NCBI GenBank assembly: GCA_009914755.4
Contig: CP068257.2
Span: forward strand, 12,896,001-12,960,000
From: the human T2T-CHM13v2.0 reference genome, Homo sapiens
DNA: 64,000 nucleotides
Direction: 5' to 3'
Under the pieces are notes generated by a model. That model searched no databases. It worked only from the letters and a program-made list of their open reading frames with translations, and was not told the origin of the DNA. The position numbers were made by a program, and so were the translations under genes. Positions 13,761-26,160 of this stretch are shown piece after piece (the stretch's first letter is position 1; each line of letters opens with the position of its first letter).

Positions 13761-14026
13761 AATACTTGGAATATATTCCATTATCTTTCTGAAGTTATTA
13801 ATTATCATTTTTACAATTTTCCTTCTATTCCCTTCATTATCTTGTTTTATTCTGACTTCTTCTGTTTGCTTTGATTTCAGTCTTTCATATTTAAGCTGTT
13901 GTCATATGTCTGGAGATTGTGCTCTCTGGATACATTACTAAAGATCATGGTATGAAAAAACCCGACTGGAAGTTCTATGTAAATGGGTGGGCTTGTCAGG
14001 TGATCAAGTAGCAGTTAAGTCTTTTG

Positions 14027-14328
14027 TTTTCTTTTTCTTTTTTTTTTTTTTTTTGAGACAAAGTCTTCCTCTGCCACCCAGGCTAGAATGCAGTGGCACA
14101 ATCATGGCTCACTACAGCTTTAAACTCCCAGGCTCAAGCAATCCTCTCACCTCAGTCTCCTAACTAGCTGGGATTACAGACATGCACCATAATGTCTGGT
14201 TTATTTTCTATTTCTTGTAGAGATGGGTTCTCACTGTCTTCCCAGGCTGGTCTTGAACTCCTGGACTCAAGAAATTCTCCTGCTTGGCCTCCCAAAGTGC
14301 TGGGATTACAAGCATGAATCACCACACC
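14027..14328 (-). mobile_element. Alu SINE (antisense)
   Basis: A poly(T) is followed by 'gagacaaagtcttcctctgccacccaggctagaatgcagtggcacaatcatggctcactacagc...tcaagcaatcctctcacctcagtctcctaactagctgggattacagacatgcaccataatgtctgg...tgtagagatgggttctcactgtcttcccaggctggtcttgaactcctggactcaagaaattctcctgcttggcctcccaaagtgctgggattacaagcatgaatcaccacacc'. Confidence 0.9.
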
Positions 14329-15774
14329 TACCCCAAGGAAACTTTTTCATCAGAAGACCCTCAAATGACAGTTTCTGGAGTTCTTTTCTTTGAGACTATT
14401 CAGGTCTGCAGATACTAACCTTTCCATGCCCTGCTGGGCTGTGGAGAAAAGAAAGTAGTTTCCTTGCTGCCTTCAAAGGCTGAGCCTCTCAGGGCCTCTG
14501 TGATGCACACTGACTCATTTCATTGCAGCCTCCTTGTCTACAACTTCTGAGATTGCAACGTGCTCCAACTCTCCATTCACCTTTTATTATCCAAAACATT
14601 AGTTGACATCCTTTCTATCCTTCTCCCAAATCTCTTTGTCTCTTTAGGTTTGCATCTTCTTGGTAAGTGTATGTAGCTATTTAAACAAAATCTAGTTTTG
14701 CCAACTATATTCCTTCACATTTTTATTAACTCCAAGTCTCTTCCTTCACCCTGCCTTTTAAAACATTTGGACATATTTATCTTATTTGCTCAGCTCCTAA
14801 CTATATGAAACATATAGCAGGTATTGATTCCTGTCAATACCACCCCTACCTTACAGTTTTCAGATTGGCATAGGGACATGGCAGAATGACACAGTAGGAA
14901 GAAAGCAACACACACAGATGAAGCCTTTCCATTGAAGCCCATTCTTACATGTAAGTGATTGTGCTCTCTCCACATTTTCATATTCTTCTCACAAGCACAA
15001 AAATACAGTATTCTGTGGAAGAGTTTGCCTTTTCATTCTTTATAAACAGGATAAAACAGTCGAAGCTCAAGTTTTTATTAAAAATCTTCAAAATAACTTT
15101 TAAACTTAGAATATTATTCAGTACCACTGAATCGTGCCTCATTTGGCAGAAAGGCAATTCTGTCCATATTACAATACTGACAGAACAAATTGATCTAAAT
15201 TTTGCACAGAAGTGCTTTGTTATAAATTTTGTTATTAACTTTTATCTGAACATAGTACACCTCGTGTATAATATTAAAATTGCCTGCTTAATTCATACTT
15301 TATTCCCCAGAAGCAAAGAGGAAAGTAGATTGTACTGATCAATAGACCATGATTTCCTGTCTCTACCTACTGAAGAAAAATGCAATCAGTAGAATTTCAT
15401 GGAAGAGATATATATGAGCTTCCTTTCCTCAGAAACGCTATTCTTAAACAGGAAGAACAAGATCATTTCTATTTCCTTTCTATTTTCACTCATCAGAAAA
15501 ATTTATAGCAGATTCAAGAGTGACCAGATTATTTTTCAGGCCTGATCATTTGAAACTACATCAAAGTTGTAAAGCTATAGGAGAGGGTAAGTGTATTGTC
15601 TACTTCTTAAAACAATCAAAAGCCTCATATGATCTTCATGCCATCATCTTTGAGAACAATATAATTATAAGATGAAATACTCCAATTGCATGTCAGTTTA
15701 ATTACAAATAAATAGAAAATAATTACGGTGGATGTTTTTAATGAAAAAATGTGTATCACAGCTAAATCAAATTT

Positions 15775-15870
15775 CCTATGTATATTACATAAATCTGCAT
15801 ATATACTTAGGTATATATGTATGTGTATATGCATGCGTGTGTTCATACACATACACATATTAGGCTGTTC
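15775..15870. repeat. TG/TA-rich low-complexity microsatellite
   Basis: 'tatatacttaggtatatatgtatgtgtatatgcatgcgtgtgttcatacacatacacatat'. Confidence 0.6.
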
Positions 15871-17733
15871 CAATTAAATGGAATTCCACCTTTTCTTTTT
15901 AACATAAAGGGTAATAAAAGAGCTTCTTAGGAGACTGAGTATATTGTAAATAGATGCACATTGCCTTCTCCCACCCAACACACACAAAGTGAGGTTTATA
16001 CATGAAGTGCAAAGCCACAGTGAGGCATGCTGCCTCGGAAGCCTACCTGCATTCTAACTGAAAGCATCTGCATGTGTTATTTGTGGGAAGAGGAAACAAA
16101 AATCAAGTGATCATTGACAGGATTTTAGAAACATGTTACCTGCAACTCAATTCTATTTTTTCTCAAATAAGAAAACTTTTCCATAACATTTGCAGCCATG
16201 TTTATGAGAAATGAAAGAAAGATCTGGTTTTGTCAACTGAATATACAATAAACCGAATATCCAAGTTAACATCTGTGCCCAGCAACACCCTCTCCAACCA
16301 AAATAATAATAATAACTGATTAACTACAAACCAATATCTGGTTGGAGAGAAATCAGATTTCTTGTTATGTTTCCAAGAGCATGTAATTCTGACCTCCTGG
16401 AGTGGCCCCTGCAAGCAGTGAAACACTCAGACTGTTTTCTGCTGAGCAGGCCTGGCAGAAGGGTCTGCTTTTCCTCGTTCTACCCATCCACGGAGAACCT
16501 GTGGTGTGAAGAGAGCATGTGGACTTTGGAGGAGTGATGTAGAGTTGAGTTCAGACAAGCTACATGAACTTGAGCCTGACACCTGTCCTCTCCAAGTCTC
16601 AAATTTCCTCATTAATTAAAAGGAGAAAATAACATTTCCTCATGAGATTATTGTTGGGATTAAATTGTGCAAAATGTATAAAATTCCTGACACAGAGACA
16701 GTCTTAACAAATACTAATTTCATCCTCTCTCCTTCAGGGACAAAGGTAGAAAGCCTGAGATTCCTAGGAATTCACGCCCCATACTTCTTCTAGGACGTGG
16801 TCATAGTGTGATCCAGGTTCCTGGGAACATGTTCAACCCCTGTTTTCAAAGCCTGTACACACATCATTGCTCTTTTTACCTGGTGTTTTCTTGCTGTCAC
16901 ATGCTCTAATGATATTTGAATATGCTATTTATCCCCAGCTACCAGTTAAGGGAAATTTCTACGGGGAATTCACTTCTGCTTTCACTTAGATTTAGCATTT
17001 AGCTGTGGATTTGCAAATGCACTTGACACAAACTCCACACTCTTTTCCATCACCAGGAAGGCTGGAACGTCTCTGGTCTTTGCCTATCTATGCCATTCTC
17101 CTCCTTTCTTTCTCTGATCTGGTCACGCTGATCTCTCTGCACTTGGACTACCAGTCAGTTCTTACCTGTCCTGGGATTTTGCTCAAGCTCTTCCATCTGC
17201 GGGAAGTGCTTTTCCCTTTACTTTTGACATGGGTGGCTCCTTGTCATCAAAGCCTGCTTTCCTTCAGGCCACCTGTCCGTGGAGGTCCTGTGGTGTGATG
17301 AGAGCATGTGGACTTTGGAGGAGTGATGGCATAAGCCTTCATGTCACCTCCACAAAGGGCTTTCTCCAATCAAACACATATAGGTGCTTGATTGTTTTTA
17401 CTGTTTTGATGATTTGTTGTGTTGTTGGTTTATTTTGGTTACTGGAAGGCAGAAATTAGGCCTATCGCTAGCACTAGCATAGAACCTGGCAGACAGGGGC
17501 TCAGGAAATGGTTGTTGAATAAACGAATCGTCTCAACTGTATAGGTGTGCACGTTTTAGGCCACCTCCTTGGATTGACAAGTAACAGGATTAAAATTGCA
17601 GAATCCGTACCCCTCAAAACTCAAAAGGATTATGGCAGGTAGAACAAATGTTGAATTAGACAACATGAGAAAAAAATCCAGCAAAAATTTGGAAACACGC
17701 ATGCTACGAACTATTTAAAAAAAAAACACTTTC

Positions 17734-18060
17734 AGCTGGGCGCAGTGGCTCACGCCTGTAATCCAATCACTTTGGGAGGCTGAGGCAGGTAGATCCACAT
17801 GAGCTCAGGAGTTCCAGAGCAGCCTGGGCAACATGGGGAAACACCATCTTTACTAAAAATACAAAAAAATTAGCCGGGCGTGGTGATGCATGCCTGTAGT
17901 CCCAGCTACTCGGGAGGCTGAAGCAGGAGAATTGTCTCAACCCAAGAGATGGAGGTTGCAGTGAGCCGACATCGCATCACTGCATGCCAGCCTGGGTGAC
18001 AGAGTGAGACTCCATCTCAATTAAAACAAAAACAAAAACAACAACAACAACAACAACCAA
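17734..18060 (+). mobile_element. Alu SINE (sense) with A-rich/(CAA)n tail
   Basis: 'agctgggcgcagtggctcacgcctgtaatccaatcactttgggaggctgaggcaggtagatccacatgagctcaggagttccagagcagcctgggcaacatgg...ttagccgggcgtggtgatgcatgcctgtagtcccagctactcgggaggctgaagcaggagaattg...ccagcctgggtgacagagtgagactccatctcaattaaaacaaaaacaaaaacaacaacaacaacaacaacc'. Confidence 0.9.
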
Positions 18061-18849
18061 AACTTTCTCCTGTATGGAGAAATTCATAAGATATGTCAAA
18101 ATACCTTCCTAATGATGATAATGATCTATTATTGATCTTTATAACATTCTGTCCCATGGCTTCAACATCTTTTAAGATAAATTATTTTATTCTAACAGCT
18201 TTCCTGTGAAGTACTTATTCTGATTTTTACGCATATGAAAAACTATTTGAATTTCCTTTTCTACCGACTCAGCTCCTGATTCCAGGACTTCTAATTCTGA
18301 ACCCACGAGTTTTCCTGCAAAGCATTCATTGAAATGAAATATCTCCTCACCCATTGAAAGAAATTATGTCGGTCCCATCTCCACTAAAATCCTGGCCCTA
18401 TAATTCTCTGAATATTAGAGCTTGACTTGAATTTGCCAACTCCTGTTTGTGCAGATAGTGTGTTAGAAAAGTAACACTTCTCCTTTGAAAAAGAAAAGAA
18501 ACTTTCTTTACAAGATAATAAATATATAGGGGAAAAACATGGGCTTTTGTTTTTCTAGTTTATGGTGCAATCAGTATGTCATGTGGTTCATGCAAAGGCA
18601 GCTTCTTTATTTCAGACAGCAAAGGTCATCTCTTCTGACAACCAGTAGGTGAGCAGAATCCACTCAGTAGTATCACCTTACCAAGGCAGCAATGGGGAAA
18701 CTACAGAAGTTTGTTGCTGGTCTTTAAACCAGCACAGCTTTGATCACCACCTTGGAAAACCCTAATAAGCTTAAGAGTCTTTTCTATGACTGACTAATGT
18801 CTTGACTAGTGAAGGTCCCTTGGGAGAATCTGTCTCTTTCTGTCTCTCT

Positions 18850-19143
18850 TCTTTTTCCAGAGAGTGGGGCTCTCTCAGTCACCCAGGCTGGAATTCAATA
18901 GCATGATCATGGCTCACTGCAGCATTGAACTCATGGGCTCCAGAGATCCTTCTAGTCCTCCTGTATTGCTAGGACTACAGGTGTTGGCCACCATGCCTGT
19001 CTAATTTTTTTTTTTTCTTTTCTGCAGAGACAAGGTTATCCCTATGTTGCCCAGACTGGTCTTGAACTCCGGGCCTCAATTTATCCTCCCATTTCTGCTT
19101 CTCAAAGTGCTGGGATTACAGGTGTAAGCCACCAAGCCTGGCC
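18850..19143 (-). mobile_element. Alu SINE (antisense, diverged AluJ-like)
   Basis: 'agagagtggggctctctcagtcacccaggctggaattcaatagcatgatcatggctcactgcagcattgaactcatgggctccagagatccttctagtcctcctgtattgctaggactacaggtgttggccaccatgcctgtctaatttttttttttt...gagacaaggttatccctatgttgcccagactggtcttgaactccgggcctcaat...ctcaaagtgctgggattacaggtgtaagccaccaagcctggcc'. Confidence 0.8.
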
Positions 19144-19803
19144 TCAAAATCCCTCTTTTAGGCAGACAGAGATAAGAATGAATGGGATTTGAATTCCCCA
19201 CAGGCATAATATATTGTTTCTGGGCTCTTCCCAGCATTCTTGTTATGCTGCAAGATTTGGAAGGAGGTGGTCTCATCTTATTTGTTTAACAATTATTTAC
19301 CAAATATCTATTATGGGCCTGGGACTCTGTCAGGTGTCCAAAGACGGAAAGGTATGAACTGTGCCTTCCAAGACTTTACAGTTCAGTGGGAAGACAGGCA
19401 GATCAACAGAGAGTGAGAATCCAATGTAACATGTTCTGTATCAATCTGAGGTGTAATAAGCAGTGAAAGCATAGAGGGTAAATTGTTAATTTGCCTGGAG
19501 AAGTTAGGAAATGTTTTACTAAAAAGGTAATTCTTGAGAAAACATTTAGTGAAACAGGAATTTGTCAGGTGGACAAGAAAAATGGGGGGCATATTCTAGC
19601 AATGGGCAGAGTATATGATATTAGAGGCATGAAATTGTTTGGTACTGAAACCATCTTTGCAAGATTATGGCAGCAAGAAATCTGACATAGCTGACTCCAT
19701 CTTGCTTCTGACCTCCAAGCTGTCCTTGATCATTCCTGAGTGTAGGCCAAGCTAACTTTAGGAAGAATTTAGTATATAGTTTAATCTTAGAGCAAAGATT
19801 AAA

Positions 19804-20275
19804 CTTCAAAACATGTCTCTTTCTTTGTTCAGGTAACATTATGCAGACAGGAGAGCTCTAATATAACATTTTGGACCAAACTGAGAGAGAAGAGGGGTGA
19901 TCTTTTCTGCATTCTGTTTGTCTGTTTCATAGACAAGAAAACTCTGAGGAAGTTTAGTAATCAACAAGCTTTAGAAATTTTGAAAACTGGAAGAAAGGTA
20001 TATCTCTCTATTTCCCATCTCTACTTCATGCTCCACATTTTAGTCAGTGCCTTTTATCTAACCACAAATCTAACTGTGTCCCTCTCTTGCTTCACAATGG
20101 TTCTTCAGTGGTTCCCCACCCCATGTAAATGTATACATGCTCACCTTACATTCAGCTCTACGCTATTGAGCATAGTATATTAGTTTTCCAAGGCTGCCAT
20201 AACGAAGTCATACAAACTGGGTGGCTTATAGCAGCAGATATTATTGTCTCAGTATTGGAGGCTAAAAGTCCAAAA
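19804..20275. repeat. Left arm of a local inverted duplication (unique sequence plus the terminal ~110 bp of an MLT1-type LTR in antisense)
   Basis: The reverse complement of 21320-21790 aligns with this segment at an estimated ~94% identity. For example, 'catgtctctttctttgttcaggtaacattatgcagacaggagagctctaatataacatt' here matches the reverse complement of 'aatgttacctgaacaaagaaagagacatg' on the right. The two ORF-track peptides are near-identical: 19980..20183(+) 'KTGRKVYLSISHLYFMLHILVSAFYLTTNLTVSLSCFTMVLQWFPTP...' and 21228..21833(-) '...KIGRKVYLSISHLYSMLHISASAFYLTTYLTVSLSCFTMVLQLFPTP...'. Confidence 0.8.
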
Positions 20276-20579
20276 CTAAACCGTCTTTGCAAAACTAATG
20301 AAAGGCCACATTGTTAGGCTTTTATGAGAGGGTCTTGAACACTGATAAGATAGACACAGTTTCTACCATTCCTTACTGCTCAGGGGTCATGTAGCCAGAG
20401 GTTACAATATTTGTGACTTTCCTAATTTCTCCTGTAGATAACATCACTATTGTAGAATCTAAGATTGGTTTTTTGAGGTATCTTTCACGCTGCCCCACCC
20501 AGACTCATGACTCAACTGGTCATGTGGCCTCATCCAGAGGCAGACTCAGTGCCCGAGGACCATTTTCAACACCCTGTGA

Positions 20580-20720
20580 TTTCATTCCCCAGCCAATCAG
20601 CAGCACCCATTCCCTAACTCCCTGCCCACAAAATTGTCCATAAAAACCACCTCCAAGCCTTTGGGGAGCCTGATTAGAGTGATAACTCTAGTTCTTCTGC
20701 ATGGGCTGGCCTCAATCAAT
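20580..20720 (+). mobile_element. LTR-like fragment with a promoter-type motif arrangement (family unassigned)
   Basis: 'ccagccaatcagcagcacccattccctaactccctgcccacaaaattgtccataaaaaccacctccaagcctttggggagcctgattagagtgataactctagttcttctgcatgggctggcctcaatcaattaaattcttctctactgcaa'. It shows a CCAAT-type box, a TATA-like 'cataaaaacc' and an AATTAAA element, the usual order in retroviral LTR U3-R regions. Confidence 0.3.
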
Positions 20721-20924
20721 TAAATTCTTCTCTACTGCAATGCCATAGTTTCAGTGGATTTATGCTGTTTGCGTAGTTGGCAGGAAAACCTGTTGGGCAA
20801 ATACAATATGGTCTAGAACTGAGGAATAATTCCCTACATCAAATGTGTATGATAAATAAGGAGAAAGACATGGGAGGGGGATGACAGGTGTTAGTTTACA
20901 GCCAGATTCTGAAGCATTTGGATG

Positions 20925-21421
20925 GCATGTGTTATGGGTTGAACTATATGGCCAAAAAAGATATGTTGAATTCCTGACCCCCAGCACCTCAGAATGTGAC
21001 CCTCTTTGGAAATACGATTGTTGCCAATATAATTAGTTTAGTTAAGATGAGGTCATATGAAGCAGGGTGAACCCTTAATCCAATAAAACCAGTGTCCTTG
21101 AAAGAAGAGGGAAACTTGGACACCCACATGCACAAAGGGATGACCATATAAGAACAAACAGGGAGAGACTGGCCATGTGAAGATGGAGGCAGGAAGTGGA
21201 ATTATGCCACCATGAATCAAGGAATGCCTAATGCCCAGGGCTATCAGAAGCTGGAAGAAACAAGGAAGGAGTCTCTCCTAGAGGCTTTGAAAAGAGCATG
21301 GCCCTGCCAATACCTTGATTTTGGACTTTTAGCCTCCAGAACTGAGACAATAATATCTGTGGCTGTAAGCCACCCAGTTTGTATGACTTTGTTATGGCAG
21401 CCTTGGAAAACCAATATACTA
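20925..21421 (+). mobile_element. ERVL-MaLR solo LTR (MLT1-type), sense; its last ~100 bp lie inside the right arm of the inverted duplication
   Basis: 'tgttatgggttgaactatatggccaaaaaagatatgttgaattcctgacccccagcacctcagaatgtgaccctctttggaaatacgattgttgccaatataattagtttagttaagatgaggtcatatgaagcagggtgaacccttaatccaataaaaccagtgtcc...catgtgaagatggaggcagg...ttggacttttagcctccagaactgagacaataatatctgtggctgtaagccacccagtttgtatgactttgttatggcagccttggaaaaccaatatac' follows the MLT1 consensus from the 5' 'tgt..' start to the 3' 'aactaatacaa' end. Confidence 0.65.
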
Positions 21422-21790
21422 TGCTCAATAGTGTAGAGCTGAATGTAAGGTGAGCATGTATACATTTACTTGGGGTGGGGAACAATTGAAGAACCATTGT
21501 GAAGCAAGAGAGGGACACAGTTAGATATGTGGTTAGATAAAAGGCACTGGCTGAAATGTGGAGCATGGAGTAGAGATGGGAAATAGAGAGATATACCTTT
21601 CTTCCAATTTTCAAAATTTCTAAAGCTTGTTGATCACTAAACTTCCTCGGTGTTTTCCTGTCTATGAAACAGACAAACAGAATGCAGAAAAGATCACCCC
21701 TCTTCTCTCTCAGTTTGGTCCAACATGTTATATTAGAGCTCTCCTGTCTGCATAATGTTACCTGAACAAAGAAAGAGACATGCTTTGAAA
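21320..21790. repeat. Right arm of the local inverted duplication (MLT1 3' end plus ~370 bp of adjacent sequence)
   Basis: Reverse-complementary to 19804-20275 (see the left-arm entry). The homology stops sharply on both outer sides (~19803 and ~21791). On the inner side it stops where the left arm's MLT1 copy is truncated at ~20276. Confidence 0.8.
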
Positions 21791-21844
21791 TATAATCCTG
21801 CCAGGTCCCCTTATTTAGTGATGGGAATGTCATAGTGAAAAATG

Positions 21845-21905
21845 ATAATACTAATACTATCTATACTATATATATTTATATATATGTATGTATATAATAC
21901 TATAT
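21845..21905. repeat. (TA)n/(TATG)n microsatellite
   Basis: 'tatctatactatatatatttatatatatgtatgtatataatactatataatat'. Confidence 0.7.
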
Positions 21906-24189
21906 AATATGGACTCTTAAAATGATTTTGATATTGATATTTTTATGATTAAAAAATTCAGTTGAAAACTCATCACCATGAAATGAATAAAGTAATATTC
22001 CAGTATCAAGCAATTTGACTTCCCAGAATTGTTTTTCTTGATCTTTATCCTAATTGGAAAAATGAATTCATATCCATATCTTGAACTATCTACTCCAATG
22101 CAAGCAAAAATCCTAAGAAGCATTCTCCAAGTAAGATCAATACTAAGGATACTGTAATACAGCTGTAATTTTCTGTTACGTATATTTCTTCCAATGTAAT
22201 GAACTGTTATGATAATTGGTAGCTTTAATGAAAGCAAATGACTTCTTTCTAATTTGGGTAGGTTGTATTCCAAGCTCTGATGTTCCTAAGTCTATGTACT
22301 CTTTAGCTGTTTCTAGTCTTGGATGGTTTAAATAGTTCTTATTATAAATGCAGAAAAATTGAGTATGTTTTCAGTATTTCCAACAACATAAATGCACATG
22401 CACAAACTTTACAAGTCATATATCTTTACTGAAATGACCAGATTCACTAGAGAGCAAGGAGACACTGCTAAAGCATTCTGATTCATATTCTGCAATGAGA
22501 CACAACATGTCTTTGCATATATGAGTAAATAATTTAACAACTGTAAGATATGTCCCAAAATATCTTTCATTTCATTTACTGGAATACCATAACTGACACT
22601 GATGCCAAAATATTAATTATATGACATAGCCAAAAATGTAAAGTATATGTTTCTAATTGAATTATATTGAAGGAGAAATTTAACATGACTTCACTTTGTT
22701 TTGAATGCAAATTACACAATGATATTATTAAATTAAGACTCTGTAAGTATGAAAAACTTTTGTGTACACAATTTAGTATTCAGTTGTCTTTGGTATTTTT
22801 ATGTAAAATCATAAAATTTATTTGGGAAAGTTAAGGCTCAGAGAAGAGCTGGAGAAGCTCAATTTAAGGGGAAAAAAATAAAGCTGAGAGCAGCACTGGG
22901 TCTAGAGCCCAAGTGTCTCTACTTGTGGTACAAATGTAGTGTAGTCTTACCATGTGAGTGAGCTTCTTCCCCAGTAACTAAGCCCTGGGTACAAAAACAA
23001 CAGTGGTTCCTATACTTCGTGATTCATACAAAGTTATATTTTAGAGAGATTAGTGGCCTTAAACAGAATTTCACAATAGTTTCTTACCCTGCAAATCAAA
23101 TGTTCTCCAAGGAAAGAACAGGTATAAAATACTTGGAAGGAGCTGTGAATGCCCCGTGTCAGCAATTGACATATGTGTCAGCATAAGTAGTGGTAGAATA
23201 ACCTAAGTAGGAAAAGACTTAACAAGAATATAGGTACAATTAAGAATGGTAGCAAAAGTGAACCAAAAATAGCTTGTATCTGCATGGGGTGGCCAAGTTG
23301 GGTATACACACCTACTGGCATTCATTCATTTTGTCATTCCTTTACCCCAACACCATTTTCGAGTTCCTACTATATGTCTAGCATTGGTAAATACATTCGT
23401 TTTTTAAAAGTCTGATTTGCTTACACTATCTGGATTTTTAAAATGAGTAATGTCTGGTTCTGAACCCATGCAATTGATTTCAAATCAGATAATCTAAGAG
23501 GACCTTAGATGCCTACATACTGACTTGAAGAAGGGTTTTATGGAGACGCCGATGGAGAATATGGATTATATGTTTTAAAGCCACCATTTCCCATACTCTT
23601 ATACTCAGTCTCATTCATTATTAAAGCCTAGAAGTAGATGAGAAGAAGGGAGATTTCTTGGAAGAGAAAAAATGAGCAAAATGAGCAAACATTTATTGAT
23701 AATCTGCTATAGATTACTGCATCTCACTAAATCCTCTTAACAACAGTATCAAGTGTTATTGTCTCCTGTGTTGCAAAGAGAAAACTGTGGTACAAAACAG
23801 CTAACTCACCTAAAGACAAAAAGCTAACAAGTAGTCAAGAGTTAAACCCAGGCCTGTCTGACACCACTGTACCACACAGCCAAACCTGTTATGCAGAATA
23901 AAACTCACAAGATAATTAGTGGAGAAAGATGATAAGCCAAAAGCAACTCCATGCATTTCTTTAGCAGTTGGCTGTACATCTAAAGCTTTATTTTATAGTC
24001 AAAGAAGATCGCCTCTTTATCCTATCCCTCCTTCTCTTCCTCTGGTTTCTTTCAATTCATTTTCCACTTTGTAATTCCTTTCCAAGTGCTCACTATGTTG
24101 TCACCTTCTCCTAAGACCCAAGGGAGTATTTTTAGGAGCAGTCAGAGGAAGAAACCGAAGGCTGGGGAGGATCACTCCAAATCCACTCA

Positions 24190-24627
<438 letters not shown>

Positions 24628-25869
24628 ATGTTTTGGTTTGTATACCTCACAGAAGGCCTCCAAGACGCAGGGAAAATATCTTCAATGACTCATCCTCTAT
24701 TGATAACACTAGCTTTTACACCAGGAGTCATGCTGAGAAGTTCAGAGACAGTGTTAAACTGCCACAACAAGTCAATGAACTCAACAAAATGCATTGCTTA
24801 CACATAAATCTACAATTGCCTTGCTGGTTTTGTGATGCAGCTTTCTGAAATATGTATTTGTTTCCTTTTAACATGGGTTCTTGGCCTCCATCTATATACC
24901 AAGCAGAGATCTAAGCACCAGCACATAAAATATCTCTTAGCATCCTAACAATAAGTCTGAGAGAAAGCTTTATTTTTCCCACCACACAGAAAGAGACTGT
25001 GGATCAGAGAGTAGTGTGACTGCGGATGTCATCGATTCCAAATTTAAACTCAGGATTCCTTCCTTTAAAGTCTAGTGGTCTTTCCATTATACCATGCTAC
25101 ATAAACTTCTCAACATCACAATGAATAAATACAATGCTAGCCACAATAAAAGTGCAAAAATGCTCTGAACATATGAGGAGTTTAATAAATATTTGGGGAT
25201 TGGTAGATTTGTATAATTTCAAAAGGCAAACCAACAAACCTTGTCTCCTTGCCAATGGGACGTATGTCTTGACAATGAAAATAACAGGAAGACATAATAA
25301 TTTATTCACTTCCAATTACCTATCTGCAGATGGACTTGCTAATTGGTTCTGTTTTCGTTATTAGTAAAGACATAATCTTACCTTTTTAACAATTTTCCCA
25401 GATACACAAAGGGCAAGCTGCTACTCTCATTGACAACTCATTGGCAGTAACCACATTTAAAGTCAGTTGTGTTTTAGTCAAAGGAGACTTTTCTCCACTT
25501 GCATCTGAATTGAAGTAATGCACAACAAATATAGCTATCAAATTTACTAATTGTGTTAAATAAGGATATCCAAGTGTTGCAAGACCATCAGAAAAAGCAC
25601 ACTACAAAAGCTAAGTAGTCAATTTCAAAAAGCCTTTTAACATAAGTATTTCAAAATCATTAATTTTGTTACCATTTAACACCAGTGATTTTCATTTCCC
25701 ACAATCTATTCTGACATTTAAAGGAAGATTTTTAAAGTATCTCTTGCATCATATAAGACTACCACCATATAATGCCACTTAAAAATTACTGCATTTTACA
25801 AAGGTAAAGGCAGGGGGAGGTTGGCCCATGAAAAAATCTAATAAAACCTTCCATATATATATATAAAAT

Positions 25870-26160
25870 TTTTTTTTTGAGACAGGGTCTCACTTTGTCG
25901 CCCAGGCTATAGTGCAGTGGTATGATTTTGGCTCACTACAACTTCTGCCTCCCGGGTTCAAGCTATTCTCTTGCCTCAGCCTCTCAAGTAGCTGGGGTTA
26001 CAGGTGTGCACCAACATGCCTTGCTAATTTTTGTATTTTTAGTACAGATGGGATTTCACCATGTTGGCCAGGCTCGTCTTGAACTCCTGATCTCAAGTGA
26101 TCTGCCCACCTCGGCTTCCCAAAGTGCTGGGATTACAGGGGTAAGCCACTGCTCCTGGCC
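25870..26160 (-). mobile_element. Alu SINE (antisense)
   Basis: 'ttttttttgagacagggtctcactttgtcgcccaggctatagtgcagtggtatgattttggctcactacaacttctgcctcccgggttcaagctattctcttgcctcagcctctcaagtagctggggttacaggtgtgcaccaacatgccttgctaatttttgtatttttagtacagatgggatttcaccatgttggccaggctcgtcttgaactcctgatctcaagtgatctgcccacctcggcttcccaaagtgctgggattacaggggtaagccactgctcctggcc'. A short (TA)n 'atatatatatata' precedes it. Confidence 0.9.

Noticed and set aside
21228-21833. 201-aa ORF on the minus strand, the longest non-L1 ORF in the track
   Set aside because: It spans the right arm of the inverted duplication and the MLT1 LTR end. A near-identical peptide occurs in the left arm on the opposite strand, as expected for duplicated non-coding DNA. 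No splice signals bound it. I treat it as an artefact of the duplication rather than a gene.
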